A stretch of DNA of 64,000 bases, from assembly GCF_006345805.1 (NCBI RefSeq), contig NC_043000.1, positions 133,672,001 to 133,736,000 of the forward strand, in the 5' to 3' direction. Under the pieces are notes generated by a model that was not told the origin of the DNA, did no database searches, and saw only the letters and a list, made by a program, of their open reading frames with translations. A program made the translations under genes and the position numbers. Positions 50,966 through 64,000 of this stretch are shown one piece after another; the first letter of the stretch is position 1; each line of letters begins with the position of its first letter. The DNA comes from Octopus sinensis. Lineage: Eukaryota.

Positions 50966-52739
50966 AGTGTATTAGTGACATAAATCAAACTGATTACTAA
51001 CTGGAAAGTGAAACATGTCCACAAGTGTGATTCAATGATGTCTGTCAATCCTAATGGTGTTCAAACTAGATGAGCTTTCCAAAGTGGAATGAAATAAAGC
51101 CTCTATGTTAAGACATTCACCACTCAATCATGAAATAATGATAGCTTTAGCGAGTGCATCAAATACTTTTTTTATGTCATCATCATCATCATTTAACGTC
51201 CGTTTTCCATGCTAGCATGGGTTGGACGGTTTGACTGGGGGTCTGGGAAGCCAGAAGGCTGCACCAGGCTCCAGTCTGATCTGGCAGTTTTTCTACAGCT
51301 GGGTGCCCTTCCTAACGCCAACCACTCGTCAGTGTAGTGGGTACTTTTTATGTGCCACCGGCACAGGTGCCAGGCGAGGCTGGCAACGGCTTATGTATAT
51401 TTTGTTTTCCAACTTCTATGCATGCATGTCACCCCCCCCCACTCATCCTCTTACGTTCATAAGCATATTTATGTGTGTTGAAAGTGGATATTATTTTCAT
51501 ACAAAGCAGCAGTGCAGCAAAATTAGTAGAGACTAGGACATGATGCCTTACGGTAATTAGCTTCATTTCATTATGTTCTGAGCTCAAATCTTGCCTTGAT
51601 CAATTTTTACCTTTTATCCTTCTGAGGTCGATAAAATGAAGAGCTATTCATGTAGTGCAAGATTTTAATCAAGTATACACCCTTCTAAAATTTGTAATCA
51701 TTATCTTAAATAACATTTACCAATGAATTCATGTCAATATTGTCTTCTTCAGTAACTCAAGGACAATCATTGCACATATTAAGGAAACACATTTGTATTC
51801 TATCAATCCAAGTCACAGCAACATACAATTAGAACTTTTAAAATCACTACAACTGAGGCTAGCCCTCACAATCATTAACGTTCTCTTCTAGCAATTTCAT
51901 GCCTACAACATAACAAAGACTGTATCACAATGACTAGGCTTCTTAAAGGCATGAAAATATTGTAGCTCCTCGAATTTGTTAACTCTTTACATTGCTCGAG
52001 ACCAGTGGCGGTTCGTGTATAGACACTGCGGAACTGCAGCACCCTGTATTTCCACTCGATATTATCGATAACATTCAATATAATGAGTCCTCTTTTCCTT
52101 ATATTCTTTCTTTATACTTGTACGTTATATAATCCTTAAGCTTAATGTCTGTAGCCATCCCCTAGTTTATGAAAAAATACAAAAATCCTTGAATAGAACT
52201 GTGCGCTTCACACTTACAGCAGCACAGTGTTTGGCTGTTGTGCACATGCTCACATGTCTGAGATAGGAGGCTCTACGCTAGGGAAAGAGAACATTGTCGT
52301 TCATGCAGTGCCAACCCTAGTGTGCTGGTGAAAGGTAGTGTTTCTTTTTGACTCCGTGTGTGCTGTGCTTAAAAACGTGTTTATATTCTTGAATGTGATA
52401 ATGTGTAGAATGTGAAAGTGTAGAATTAAATTATTATCCTGCCTCCAGCTACAGTGTTGCTGCCAGGATTTGATAAATAGGGCAGATCCACCCCTCCCAC
52501 TTATTTTGTGATTTGGGGGCGATCTTTGAAAAACAAGGGGGAATTCGCGGTGGTGTTCAATGAACAAATTATACATAATATCCGGCAGTGGCTAAAACGA
52601 AAGCGATCAAGTTTATGTATAAAATTTCTTTTTATATGCTTGTTTCCTTTTACACAATATTAAAACAATGGCTAAGAATTTTCTGAAGCAGCTCCCCCAC
52701 TAATTTTATCTACGAGCCGCCACTGCGCAAGACCCTTAA

Positions 52740-53100
52740 TGAAATGTTTCTCCAAGGTCCTGGGCAGTGCTGTAGCTGCTGAAGATGCGACATGACCATA
52801 TCCGGGACAAAAGCATAGGACTGATTATCATAAAGCCAATCACTAACACTCTTAAGCCTCTGGACCACTGGTATGCGATCTTTTCGCTCTTTCTTTTCTG
52901 CATCTACTACTGGGTGATCCTGACCTTCAGAGATGGTTCACTAACTCACTCGTCTTTTTTTCTCCTCTCAACAACCATATTGTGTCTGCACTAACAACTA
53001 TTCCTAATTCTTGCTCAGAACGTCAGCCTTCTGGAATTTCTTCCCTGTCCATGTTTTTCTAGCAGTCATCGACTTTTAGTCATCCAAGAGAAACATCAAC
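52740..53100 (-). mobile_element. Possible RTE-like LINE 3' remnant
   Basis: Degenerate YGHV-like motif on the minus strand; very decayed. Confidence 0.3.
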
Positions 53101-54713
53101 TGCAAATAATGATAAATGAATAAAATAAACCAAAACTGTTCAGGAGCTTTATCGAACATTGGTTCATTGTTGGAGGCATCGTTTTTGTTTTCATCTCAAT
53201 TTGTAAGGTTGTTCTGGAAAGAACCATCCTTTGATGTTTCTATTTTAAACTGGTGTCACGATGTTAAGCACTCTGGAACATTTTGTGAAATGCCAGTCGA
53301 TGTAATTGACCATAATCTAGAAGGAAGTGGCCCAGCATGGCTGCAGTCCAAAGACTGAAACCAATAAAAGAATAATGTTACTTTAGAAGACGTTTTGGCT
53401 TCAAGTAGCATAATTCAGTTTGTTGAAGCAGTATAGCAAAATACTTCTTGTTGAATTGTTGTACACCAGCGTTTTCCTAATGTCTCTAGCGAGGTTGTCT
53501 TTGAGAACTTTTCTAGATGGAAAATGTAATGATAGGACTCTGTCGAGAAAGTGCCTGAAGACTCTACCCCTGCGACCCTCACAGGTACAATGGGCAGAGA
53601 AGATGGATGGATGGATAGATGGATACCGATTAACAACAAAATTGATTGCTCAGCGTACTTGAGCTTGCAAATATAAACCTCGCTTTTAATGACTCAGTGT
53701 ATCCCTAAGTGATGCGAACTGAGAAACAAGGATTCTGTACATCCTCTCATTTAAGATGCTTCTCTGAATGAAATGCAAATTATACGCAAACATGACATCA
53801 TGATGGTGATTTATGAGTTGGAAACTGAATTTTTTTTCACTTAATTTGCTTCAAAATTTACAGTATTCAATTAATGACGGATTTAATAAATAATTAGACG
53901 GCCAGCTCCTGGAACTGAACTAAACATTCCAAATAAACCTTAATGTAAACTAAATTCACATTACATTATTTTAACTGTGCAATTAGCCTCTTTGTAATTA
54001 GAAATAGTCAAATATAATTATAATAAAACCTATTCAGCTATAATTATTCAAAGTTTGTGTCAGTAAGGTCCTCAATACCACGATAACTAACAAATAATAA
54101 TAATTGTGGCAAACAAGAAAATAATAATAATAATATACAAAATAGGAAATCGTAATTGAATGACATTGTTGGGAGTCTCAACATACTTTACCTCCAAATG
54201 TTAACATATTATATCAATTTATAGGAAAATTAGTTTAATTTGCAGCAAAAAAAAAGATCAATTGTCGTCAATAAATACAAAAATATAAGAAAATAAAAGA
54301 TATACAGTATAGCTATACATCTTGTAATTAACTCATGTCCTAAAGTAACCGAGTCAAAGTATAAACGATCATTATAATAATTTGTTGTAGAAATTAGTGT
54401 CTGTAATTAAATCATAAGAAAACATTACAATAATATGAATTGTTCTCATTTGAAATTGCTCTATCTCTTTTCTCATTTCCTTCTTATCCATCCCTGCTTG
54501 TGAAGAATGGTTATGTAGAATGATGGTGTGCGTTGCAATCTAACGGAATAATTACAAAGTAATGCGATCTTCTCAGTTTGCAATTAGATGGACCATCATT
54601 AGAAGTTAATTAATGTTTCTGGAGCCACAGTAAAACGGTCTTTGACGGGATTCGAAACTGTCAATCTTTCGATCGTTGGCTCAGAACTCTTATCAACTCT
54701 GAAACACTATATT

Positions 54714-55498
54714 TAATTCTTTATTGCCCACAAGGGGCTAAACATAGAGGGGACAAACAATGACAGACAAAGGGACTAAGTCGATTACATCGACCCCAGT
54801 GCGTAACTGGTACTTATTTAATCGACCCCGAAAGGATGAAAGGCAAAGTCGACCTCGGCGGAATTTGAACTCAGAACATAACGGCAGACGAAATACCTAT
54901 TTCTTTATTGCCCACAAGGGGCTAAACACAGAGGGGACAAACAAGGACAGACAAACGGATTAAGTCGATTATATCGACGCCAGTGCGTAACTGGTACTTA
55001 ATTTATCGACCCCGAAAGGATGAAAGGCAAAGTCGACCTCGGCGGAATTTGAACTCAGAACGTAGCGGCAGACGAAATACCTATTTCTTTACTACCCACA
55101 AGGGGCTAAACACAGAGGGGACAAACAAGGACAGACAAACGGATTATGTCGATTATATCGACGCCAGTGCGTAACTGGTACTTAACTTATCGACCCCGAA
55201 AGGATGAAAGGCAAAGTCGACCTCGGCGGAATTTGAACTCAGAACATAGCAGCAGACGAAATACCTATTTCTTTATTACCCACAAGGGGCTAAACACAGA
55301 GGGGACAAACAAGGACAGACAAACGGATTATGTCGATTATATCGACGTCAGTGCGTAACTGGTACTTAATTTATCGACCCCGAAAGGATGAAAGGCAAAG
55401 TCGACCTCGGCGGAATTTGAACTCAGAACGTAGCGGCAGACGAAATACCGCTAAGCATTTCGCCCGGCGTGCTAGCGTTTCTGCCAGCTCGTCGCCTT
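54714..55498 (-). mobile_element. SINE family A tetramer (one tRNA-like head plus 184-bp repeated body)
   Basis: Junctions at 54897, 55081 and 55265; TSD TCTGAAACACT(A/T)TATT at 54698-54713 and 55499-55514. Confidence 0.9.
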
Positions 55499-55934
55499 TC
55501 TGAAACACTTTATTCACACAGCTGCATTCGTCTGCTTTAAGACCGTGTTAAAATCGTCAACTGCTTGCTGTTTGTTGATATTAAAGAGCAAATATTTTCC
55601 TTAATTTGTTGAGGAAAGGAAGATGTTTATTTTAGGGAAATGAACAGATGGTACGAGTGTACGTCGGTGCAAGGTGTGTGTATGTGTGTGTGTTTGCGTG
55701 AGCGTGTGTGGGTGTGTTAAATAGATTTTGAAGAGGGGTGGAGCTAAAAGGAAAGTAGATATTATAGTCACATTAAAATGAACAAAACGGACGTTAAAAG
55801 GTGTGGGTTTCCTGATGTTATGGTGTGTGCGTCTGTGTGTGATCTGCAAACCGAGGTAGATATATCATCCAATAAATTGCAGTTTGAGAGTTTGTTATTA
55901 ACCCTGCAAATAGTATATATTCAGTATTATTGAT

Positions 55935-56237
55935 ATCACCGTGACCGACCAGGCTATCAGATGTTGCTACACATCGCTGGTCACAATGCACTTCGCATTG
56001 TTTTAGCCTTCAAATAACGCCACCCCGCTGGCTAAGCGAGCGGGCCAACAGAAGAAAGAGTGAGAGAAAGTTGTGACGAAAGAGTACAGCAGGGATCACC
56101 ACCAGCCCCTGCCGAAGCCTCGTGGAGCTTTAGGTGTTTTCGCTCAATAAACACTCACAACGCCCGGTTTGGGAATCGAAACCGCGATCCTACAACTGCA
56201 AGTCCGCTGCACTAACCTCTGGGCCATTGTGCCTCCA
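55935..56237 (-). mobile_element. SINE family C
   Basis: Reverse complement of head and body. Confidence 0.8.
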
Positions 56238-57097
56238 TTATTAATATGACTATCGTATTTCACCTGCCGTTACGTTCTGAGTTCAAATTCCGCCGAAGTC
56301 AACTTTACCTTTCATCCTTTCGGGGTCGATGTAATCGACTTAAGCCGTTTGTCTGTCCTTGTTTGTCCCCTCTATGTTTAACCCCTTGTGGGTAGTAAAA
56401 AAAATAAAAAAATAAAAAAATTAATATAACGATTAAGGTAGCGAGCTGGCAGAATCGTTACCACACCAGGCAAAATATTTTGCGGCATTTCGTCTGTCTT
56501 TACTGTCTGAGTTCAAATTTCACCAAGATCAGCTTTGCCTTTCGTCCTTCCGGGATCGATAAAATAAGTACCAGTTGAGCACTGCAGTCGATGTAATCGG
56601 CTTACCCCTCTCCCACCCCAGACTTTCTGGCCTTATGTCAAAATGTGAAACTAATATTGATATATTTTGCGTTGCGGTATATTGCGTGAATCTTAAGAAA
56701 AAAATCCAGTTTCTTTAATGCGATTTTAATGACGATTTATAACATGGAATTTCTCGAAAGCAAACCCGAAAGAAGTGAGATTCTCTGGGGAATTTCCCAC
56801 AATAAAAAATGTGGGCGGCTTCTTTGTTTATAGCTGGTAAGGATTAAGCGATTAAATGTTGGCGATGAGGAAAACAGCGAAGATGGGGAATTAAGGTGTA
56901 AAGCCATCTTAGCTACGTTATAGGTCTCTTGGCTAATCAATGGACATCATGAATGACCATGGAATTGCACCTAGAAAATTCCGTGTGTGTGTGAGACAAA
57001 GAGAGAGAGAGTGATGTCTAAGTGGCACGCTCTCTCTCACACACACATACAAAAATGATGTATTTATGTATGTACGTGTCCATGACGACACAATCCC

Positions 57098-57145
<48 letters not shown>

Positions 57146-57381
57146 CACACGCACACATGCGTCCATTTCATATAGACGTACATACACCTTGCACTTTCTC
57201 CTGTCTTTCACTTTAAAACAAAAGTAAATAAATAAATTATGGAAATTAACGAACAATCAAATGGTCCCCGTATGATCGAATTTTGACAGTTCTGAGGGGC
57301 ATACCGAAAGAATGCCTCCTCGCTTGAGGCGGGTTAAAAAACTTTCAATTTGTTCAGTGTTATCAATGATATTTAAATTAA

Positions 57382-57602
57382 CCCTTTAGCATTTAAACCG
57401 GTCATATCAGGCCAGAAGTACTCTACCCGTTCTATGTTCAAACTGGCCAGATCTGGTCTCTCACACCAACCCTACAATATCGTTTTAAAAATTAACAGCT
57501 ACCTCATCAAAATCTCATAGCTACAAGATAATGCATGATTAGTTCAAAACAATGTGGATAAAAAAGCATTAATTTTGGTAGAATAATGCAAACACTAAAG
57601 GG
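57382..57602. mobile_element. piggyBac-type MITE
   Basis: TTAA TSD on both sides (57378-57381, 57603-57606); termini CCCTTTAG...CTAAAGGG. Confidence 0.85.
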
Positions 57603-58073
57603 TTAAATATCTGTCTCAACGAATGTAATCTTTTATCGAACTCACGACCAATAAAATACCCACTGGGCACCACAGATAGATACTAAATGTATCTTCGTTT
57701 TTCTTATGGTAAAATTGTAAAAAAGAGTTTGATGGTGGAGAAAGAATTTCATCATCATCATCACCACACTTCATACACTAACATTGGTAAGTAATTCTTT
57801 CTCCGCCACTACTAAGCTTTACTCTTTTACTCTTTTACTTGTTTCAGTCATTTGACTGCGGCCATGCTAGAGCACCGCCTTTAGTCGAGCAACTCGACCC
57901 CGGGACTTATTCTTTTGTAAGCCCAGTACTTATTCTATCGGTCTCTTTTTACCGAACCGCTAAGTGACAATTTTATCGGAAGAAAAGAGAAAGTTCATTT
58001 AAAATCGATCTGTTGTGCCTAGTAAGTGTTTTAATGGTTGTGAGTTCGGTAAAAATAAAATTACACCTGTAGA

Positions 58074-58229
58074 CAGGGGCGGACTGAGCCATCGGTCAAT
58101 CGGACACTGCCCGAGGGCCCGGGGCTCTGAGGGACCCGCTCACTACGTGTTAAATCCACGGATATCAATGCTAAGGGGCCCGGTAAATAGTTATGCCCGA
58201 GAGCCCTTAATACTCTCAGTCCACCCCTT
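58074..58229. mobile_element. hAT-type MITE (156 bp)
   Basis: TIRs CAGGGGCGGACTGAG / CTCAGTCCACCCCTT; 8-bp TSD CCTGTAGA / CCTGTAGG. Confidence 0.85.
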
Positions 58230-58519
58230 CCTGTAGGTATTAACTTTAATTCAATTGTTATTAATAACATTCAACAAACTGGAAGCCCTTAGACCTGGCT
58301 CAGGCGAGGAAATATATAGTGCCTTAATACAATGTTTCGTAATTTTTTTTCAGACGTTATGATGTAGTTTAAGGAAGATTTGGCTGCTATTTCTAGCATA
58401 TCGAGATACCATTGTTGTCAGTGCTGCTCCTTATACAGACGCAGGTGCAACATACAATACGAGGTTTCTGATTAGTTAAAATTACGTAACTTTAAATGCT
58501 TATAAATTTTTTATTATAA

Positions 58520-58912
58520 TCTTTATATATAAAAGTAAGGTTGTGTGTCTGTCTACTCCGATTTAGATTCCTAACTACTCCCACATTTTGCGGTGCAGTT
58601 TAACCAAAACCGGGTATCTTATAGTCGTGATTCATATCGAGCCCTTCTGGGTATTAGCGCGCGTCTACGATGAGTCTACGATTTTAAAAATAATTTACCA
58701 TCATTTTTTTCCATTTTAATGCATATTTTTTAAATGTTAGGGAAGTAACTCTCTAAAAATGTCTACGATAAGTCAACGATTTAAAAAAAAATTTACCATC
58801 ATATTTTTTCCATTTTTAATGCATTTTTTGCTATTCTTTGGCTATAACTCTCTAAAAATGCTTTATAGTTATTTCCCTTACAAACCCGAGCAACGCCGGG
58901 CGATACTGCTAG
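58520..58912 (+). mobile_element. Complete non-autonomous Helitron (393 bp)
   Basis: 5' TC, 3' CTAG, GC hairpin CCCGAGCAACGCCGGG (58885-58900) just upstream of the end, inserted at A|T with no TSD; internal ~60-bp duplication. Confidence 0.85.
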
Positions 58913-59012
58913 TTTTTAATAAAAGTCAATATGATTTTCATCAGCATGCAAAACTACTTTGATGTAGAAAATTTGAAATATTTCATGTGGTTGAAAGAAA
59001 TTTAACAGGTTG

Positions 59013-59608
59013 TTAAGGCGGCGAGCTGGTAGAAACGTTAGCACGCCGGGCGAAATGCTTAGCGGTATTTCGTCTGCCGTTACGTTGTGAGTTCAAATTC
59101 CGCCGAGGTCGACTTTGCCTTTCATCCTTTCGGGGTCGATAAATTAAGTACTAGTTACGCACTGGAGTCGATTTAATCGACTTAATCCGTTTGTCTGTCC
59201 TTATTTGTCCTTTCTGTGTTTAGCCCCTTGTGGGTAGTAAAGAAATAGATATTTCGTCTGCAGCTACGTTCTGAGTTCAAATTCCGCCGAGGTCGACTTT
59301 GCTTTTCATCCTTTCGAGGTCGATAAATTAAGTACTAGTTACGCACTGGGGTCGATATAATCGACTTAATCCGTTTGTCTGTCCTTGTTTGTCCTCTGTG
59401 TTTAGCCCCTTGTGGGTAGTAAAGAAATAGGTATTTCGTCTGCAGCTACGTTCTGAGTTCAAATTCCGCTGAGGTCGACTTTGCCTTTCATCCTTTCGGA
59501 GTCGATTAAATAAGTACCGGTTACGCACTGGGGTCGATATAATCGACTTAATCCCTTTGTCCTTGTTTGTCCCCTCTATGTTTAGCCCCTTGTGTGCAAT
59601 AAAGAAAT
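59013..59608 (+). mobile_element. SINE family A trimer
   Basis: Head GGCGGCGAGCTGG...GAGTTCAAATTCC followed by three bodies; TSD AAGAAATTTAACAGGTTG at 58995-59012 and 59609-59626. Confidence 0.9.
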
Positions 59609-60796
59609 AAGAAATTTAACAGGTTGACCTGGGGCTTAGCAATAACTAATGATGATGAGAAGTAAGACACTGATGGAATTCAGATAATTGTTATTTCCAA
59701 TATCGTCTTTTATCGTGAAATCGTACACTGAGAGACGATCGCGATTTTTATTCCAAGAAAAAAATTGCGTCTTTCTGAAGCAGTTTTGGAAAAGATGCCG
59801 GAGAAAAGGCAATGAAAGGAAAACAGAAATAGAAAACGGGGATACGAAATGTGACAAAAAATATATATAATAAAACAAATAAAGGAAATTTAAATTAATG
59901 CAAAACATAAAAAATAAAAAACATTTTTAAAATAAAAAGGAAATAATTGAAAAAGAAAAAAAGAAAAAATAATTTAGAAGAATAACGCAAAAGATGAACA
60001 TACACACACGAGGGAAGAATGACAGCAAAATAGGAAGACAGCTTGAAAAAGGATCGATGAAAAATATTTTGTTTTGTTTTAAAATGTATCAGGATATTTA
60101 CCTTCGGGTTAATTTATGATATAGAACAAAAACCGAACCAACAAATGCGGTGAAGAAGAAAATTGTACTAATCTCTACTGCCATGAGTGGGAAATTATTG
60201 TACGGAATAAAAATAAATCCAGATATTACGATCTTAGTTTGACAATCTTTTGTCCCCAAGTGGGTAAGAAGTAAAAAATAAAATCTATATAAGTAGAAAT
60301 TTCGCTGCGAAATCTATAAATAGAAATTTCATTAACGCACATTTACTTCACAGTGAGAGGAGTGTCAACCAGCAGGACGGCATGAAAATGTATAAAAAGC
60401 TGAAAAAACACAAAGGAAGTTTGATTCTGGTGACTGGTGTCAAAAGATTGAAGAAGGCGTGTGATGTCCGCTGTGTGGAGAACATATAGGAAACCCCTGA
60501 AAGCGTGCTTAAACGAATAACATTACAGTTTCCACACCCATTTTCCTCTTATTTCCTTGATATTTATTATTGCTCTAATCGGATCAGAACATACCACATG
60601 AGGCGTGGTACTTACAAATGCCCGTTTTTTTGTTTTGTTTTTGTTTTTCTCCAATTGAGAATTAAATAAACCACTCCTTTTCTTGTGTTACCCGGACATT
60701 AGGAAAATTGGTCTATTCGAAATTATTTCCAAACCAACACACTCCCATAGAAATAAGATCACCGTTCACTTTTTAATAAGCTTTCACATAATATAT

Positions 60797-61340
60797 CCTT
60801 TTCTACTCTAGGCACAAGGCCGGAAATATTTTTTTTTGGGGGGGGGAGGGTGCCAATCGATTAGATTGACGCCAGTACGCAACTGGTACTTAATTTATCG
60901 ACCCCGAAAGAATGAAAGGCAAAGTCGACGTCGGCGGAATTTGAACTCAGAACGCAAAGACAGACGAAATACCTATTTCTTTACTACCCACACGGGGCTA
61001 AACACAGAGAGGACAAACAAGGACAGACAAACGGATTAAGTCGATTATATCGACCCCAGTGTGTAACTGGTACTTATTTAATTGACCCCGAAGGGATGAA
61101 AGACAAAGTCGACCTCAGTGGAATTTGAATTCAGAACGCAAAGGCAGACGAAATACTTGCTAAGCATTTCGCCCGGCATGCTAACGTTTCTCATTTCTTT
61201 ATTGCTCACAAGGGGCTAAACATAGAGGGGACAAACAAGAACAGATAAAGGGATTAAGTCGATTAGATTGACCCCAGTGCGTAACTGGTACTTAATTTAT
61301 CGACCCCGAAAGGATGAAAAGCAAAGTCGACCTCGGCGAC
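60797..61340 (-). mobile_element. SINE family A multimer cluster
   Basis: Repeated CGACCCCGAAAGGATGAAAGGCAAAGTCGACC core; same internal junction near 60970. Confidence 0.85.
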
Positions 61341-62036
61341 ACATTGAATAATATAGTCCTAGATGCACTGTGTATGAAAATAATACAGAATTAATCAGAA
61401 TTTGGATGCCCTTCATCGCAAGGCTACTCAAACAGAACTGTCCGGGTTTTAATCAAAAACTTTGCTCCAAGTGCTTCGTCCGAACTTTCAAGATCAGAAC
61501 TGCAGATTTCAAGAATTACTTTCTTGCCTGTGTTTCGCTACAGGCATCAACCTGCAGAGGTTCAATGTGAATATAAATCACATCGACCATACTATTTTGG
61601 CGGGACTGGTAATAGCTTTGGCAAATCTAGTGTTGTTGGAGGAAAAAGCGCATAGCAGAAAATGGACGAAAATGGACACATGATGGTAATGGCAACGTTG
61701 GAAGTATTGTATCGACGTCGCAGCATTGAAATAATCGCTAACTTTCAGTATCATTTTACAGCTGAATTATAGTAACCTGCGACATCGTGCTTCATGTATG
61801 ATATGGAAGGGGAAAAGGCCAAGTTTGTAATATTTAAGCACTAAACTCATTGATTATAAATTTACATCCAATGCAGTATGGTATGTAATTTCAAGTATTT
61901 CGATTCACTAGCCTTTGCTTGTGGGCGGGGAATAGTTACCAGATCTTTTGCGAATGGTGTCCGCGAAGCTGAGTCGTCTTATCCTGGGTGACATTAATCT
62001 CTCATGTTAACGTCTCAAAATTCAAAACTACACACC

Positions 62037-62072
<36 letters not shown>

Positions 62073-62229
62073 TACTTTCAATAAGAATCTAAAATTTAGC
62101 CTCTTGTATCTTATGATCCAAATATCCTTATTACTTTTTCCAAACAGATGATTTCACTGGATACAAAATATTTAAAATTACTTCAACTTACAGAAAGCAA
62201 GGACGAGCTTATACTCTTGTTTGAGCGTC

Positions 62230-62871
62230 GAAATATGCATTGCGGTATTTATTCTGACACTTAACGTTCTGAGTTCAAATTCCACCGAGGTCAACTATGC
62301 CTTTCATCCCTCCAGTGTCGATAAAATATAGCAGCATTTAAAAACAAGGATTGAATTAATCGGCTAACCCCGTCCCATCAAAATTGCTGTCCTTATGCTT
62401 AAAGTAGAAACAATTATTAACATGTGTTGGTTTGGCAGAAATGGCAGAGTAAAAAAAAGGCGGCGAGCTGGCAGACACGTTAGCACGCCGGGCGAAATGC
62501 TGAGCGTTATTTCGTATGCCGTTACGTTCTGAGTTCAAATTCCGCCGAGGTCGACTTTGCCTTTCATCCTTTCAGGGTCGATAAATTAAGTACCAGTTAC
62601 GCACTGGGGTCGATATAATCGACTTACCGTCTGTATGTCCTTGTTTGTCTCCTCTGTATTTAGCCCCTTGTGGGTAGTAAAGAAATAGGTATTTCGTCTG
62701 TCTTTACGTTCTGAATTCAAATTCCGTCGAGGTCGACTTTGCCTTTCATCCTTTTGGGGTTGATTAAATAAGTACCAGTTACACACTGGGGTTGATGTAA
62801 TCAACTTAATCCCTTTGTCTGGCCTTGTTTGTCCCCTCTGTGTTTAGTTCCTTGTGGGCAATAAAGAAATA
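62230..62871 (+). mobile_element. SINE family A degenerate copy plus dimer
   Basis: Dimer 62459-62871 flanked by AGAAATGG(C/T)AGAGTA. Confidence 0.85.
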
Positions 62872-63439
62872 AGAAATGGTAGAGTATCAGACTAAACGCT
62901 GAACAGAATTTAATTTCCTTTTTACATCTGTGGTTCAAATCTCGTCATGATTAATTTTATCTTCCATTTCTTTTGGTCGATAAAATAAATAAGATTTAGG
63001 AAGGGAGTTGGATCAATTTAATCCGTTACATAATCTCATCTTCATAAATATTTGAGCTTGTGACAATTAATAACATATACAAAAAGTTAAAATGGTGCAC
63101 ACAACAAAATACTGTTCTACATTTGAGATGGAGCTACTACTATCTATATACACATTCTAGATCGTACCCCCATAGAAGTCACCCAAGTGATTGACAAGTA
63201 CTTGACTGGTACTTAAATAATTGCTAGGTCCTTCTCCATGACAGTTCAATCTTTGGTCTACAGACTTGCAATCTTCTCACTCTGCCTTTTCCATTGTTAG
63301 TTACAACAGAAGCTTCTGGACTTCAGAGCTGGCCTGTTCGTATTATATATCCACTTAACCCCATACCTAACTCTACTGTCCTTCTGGAGTCATCTATAAT
63401 GTGTCCCCAACTGGTGAAGTACTATCTGTGATTCAAGAA

Positions 63440-64000
63440 AAACTAGTGACAGACACCCATCTAAAAGAACGCACTAATATACCAATAAGAAACCTGATGG
63501 AAATGTTGACCTTCCGTGTAGAAATGACCTAGTTCAGTATGGACACTGATATATATCGACAAGTAGAGGGTTTAGCTATGGGTTCGCTATTATCACCAAT
63601 ACTAGCCAAAATATACGTGGAATACTTTGAAAATTTGGCTTTAGGATCAACACCACTAAAACCAACCCTATGGATGCGATATGTTGATGACACCTTTATT
63701 CTCTGGCCCCACCAGGAAGATGTCCAAGTACTGTTAGATCATGTGAACTCAATAAAGCCATCCATACAGTTCACAATGGAAAAGGAAAAAGACAATCAAC
63801 TAGCATTCCTGGACGTATTAATAACACGCACCAAGTATGGATTCAGGACATCCGTATACCGCAAGCCGACCTTCACTGGACGATGCCTCAACTTAAATTA
63901 CCACCATCCATACAGTGTAAAGAGAGAGATTGCTCAGTGCCTAAAATATCGAGCAAAGAATATAAGAAATGATCAAGCTAAGTAACAATCTATTAAGTAA
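63440..64000 (+). mobile_element. Penelope-like element reverse transcriptase fragment
   Basis: ORF 63539..63985: YRQVEGLAMGSLLSPILA, WMRYVDDTF, IQFTMEKE..LAFLDV, SVYRKPT. In-frame stop upstream, so a pseudogene. Confidence 0.9.

Noticed and set aside
51875-52260. Candidates for the FAXC first exon
   Set aside because: The donors found give phase 0 or 1, not the required phase 2; a UTR exon ending near 52218 is possible but unsupported.
52586-52725. Possible hAT MITE (CAGTGGC...GCCACTG)
   Set aside because: Only 7-bp TIRs and no matching TSD.
54714-55498. Regular repeat array as a possible CRISPR array
   Set aside because: The units are near-identical along their whole 184 bp with no unique spacers; they are SINE bodies, and no cas genes are present.

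Overview
AT-rich, microsatellite- and SINE-dense eukaryotic genomic DNA. The SINE families and overall composition suggest an octopus or other coleoid cephalopod (inference). One host gene can be built by hand: a minus-strand failed-axon-connections (FAXC/metaxin-like GST-fold) gene with 5 phase-compatible GT-AG exons (50259 to 40886); its first coding exon was not located. The rest is mostly transposon material. It includes a young 5'-truncated L1/Tx1-type LINE present as an exact 2,839-bp tandem pair with its 16-bp TSD repeated three times, plus Tc1, mariner, Gypsy, HERO-like, R4/Dong-like, Penelope and Helitron remnants. There are also an intact non-autonomous Helitron, piggyBac and hAT MITEs, three long fold-back hairpins and four tRNA- or RTE-related SINE families. 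The most unusual signals are: (1) a tRNA-headed SINE carrying a Penelope-type minimal hammerhead ribozyme; (2) a second hammerhead with a G3:C8 compensatory core at the centre of an inverted repeat; (3) SINEs that inserted as single-TSD multimers with a fixed internal junction. All structures were read by eye and no searches were run.
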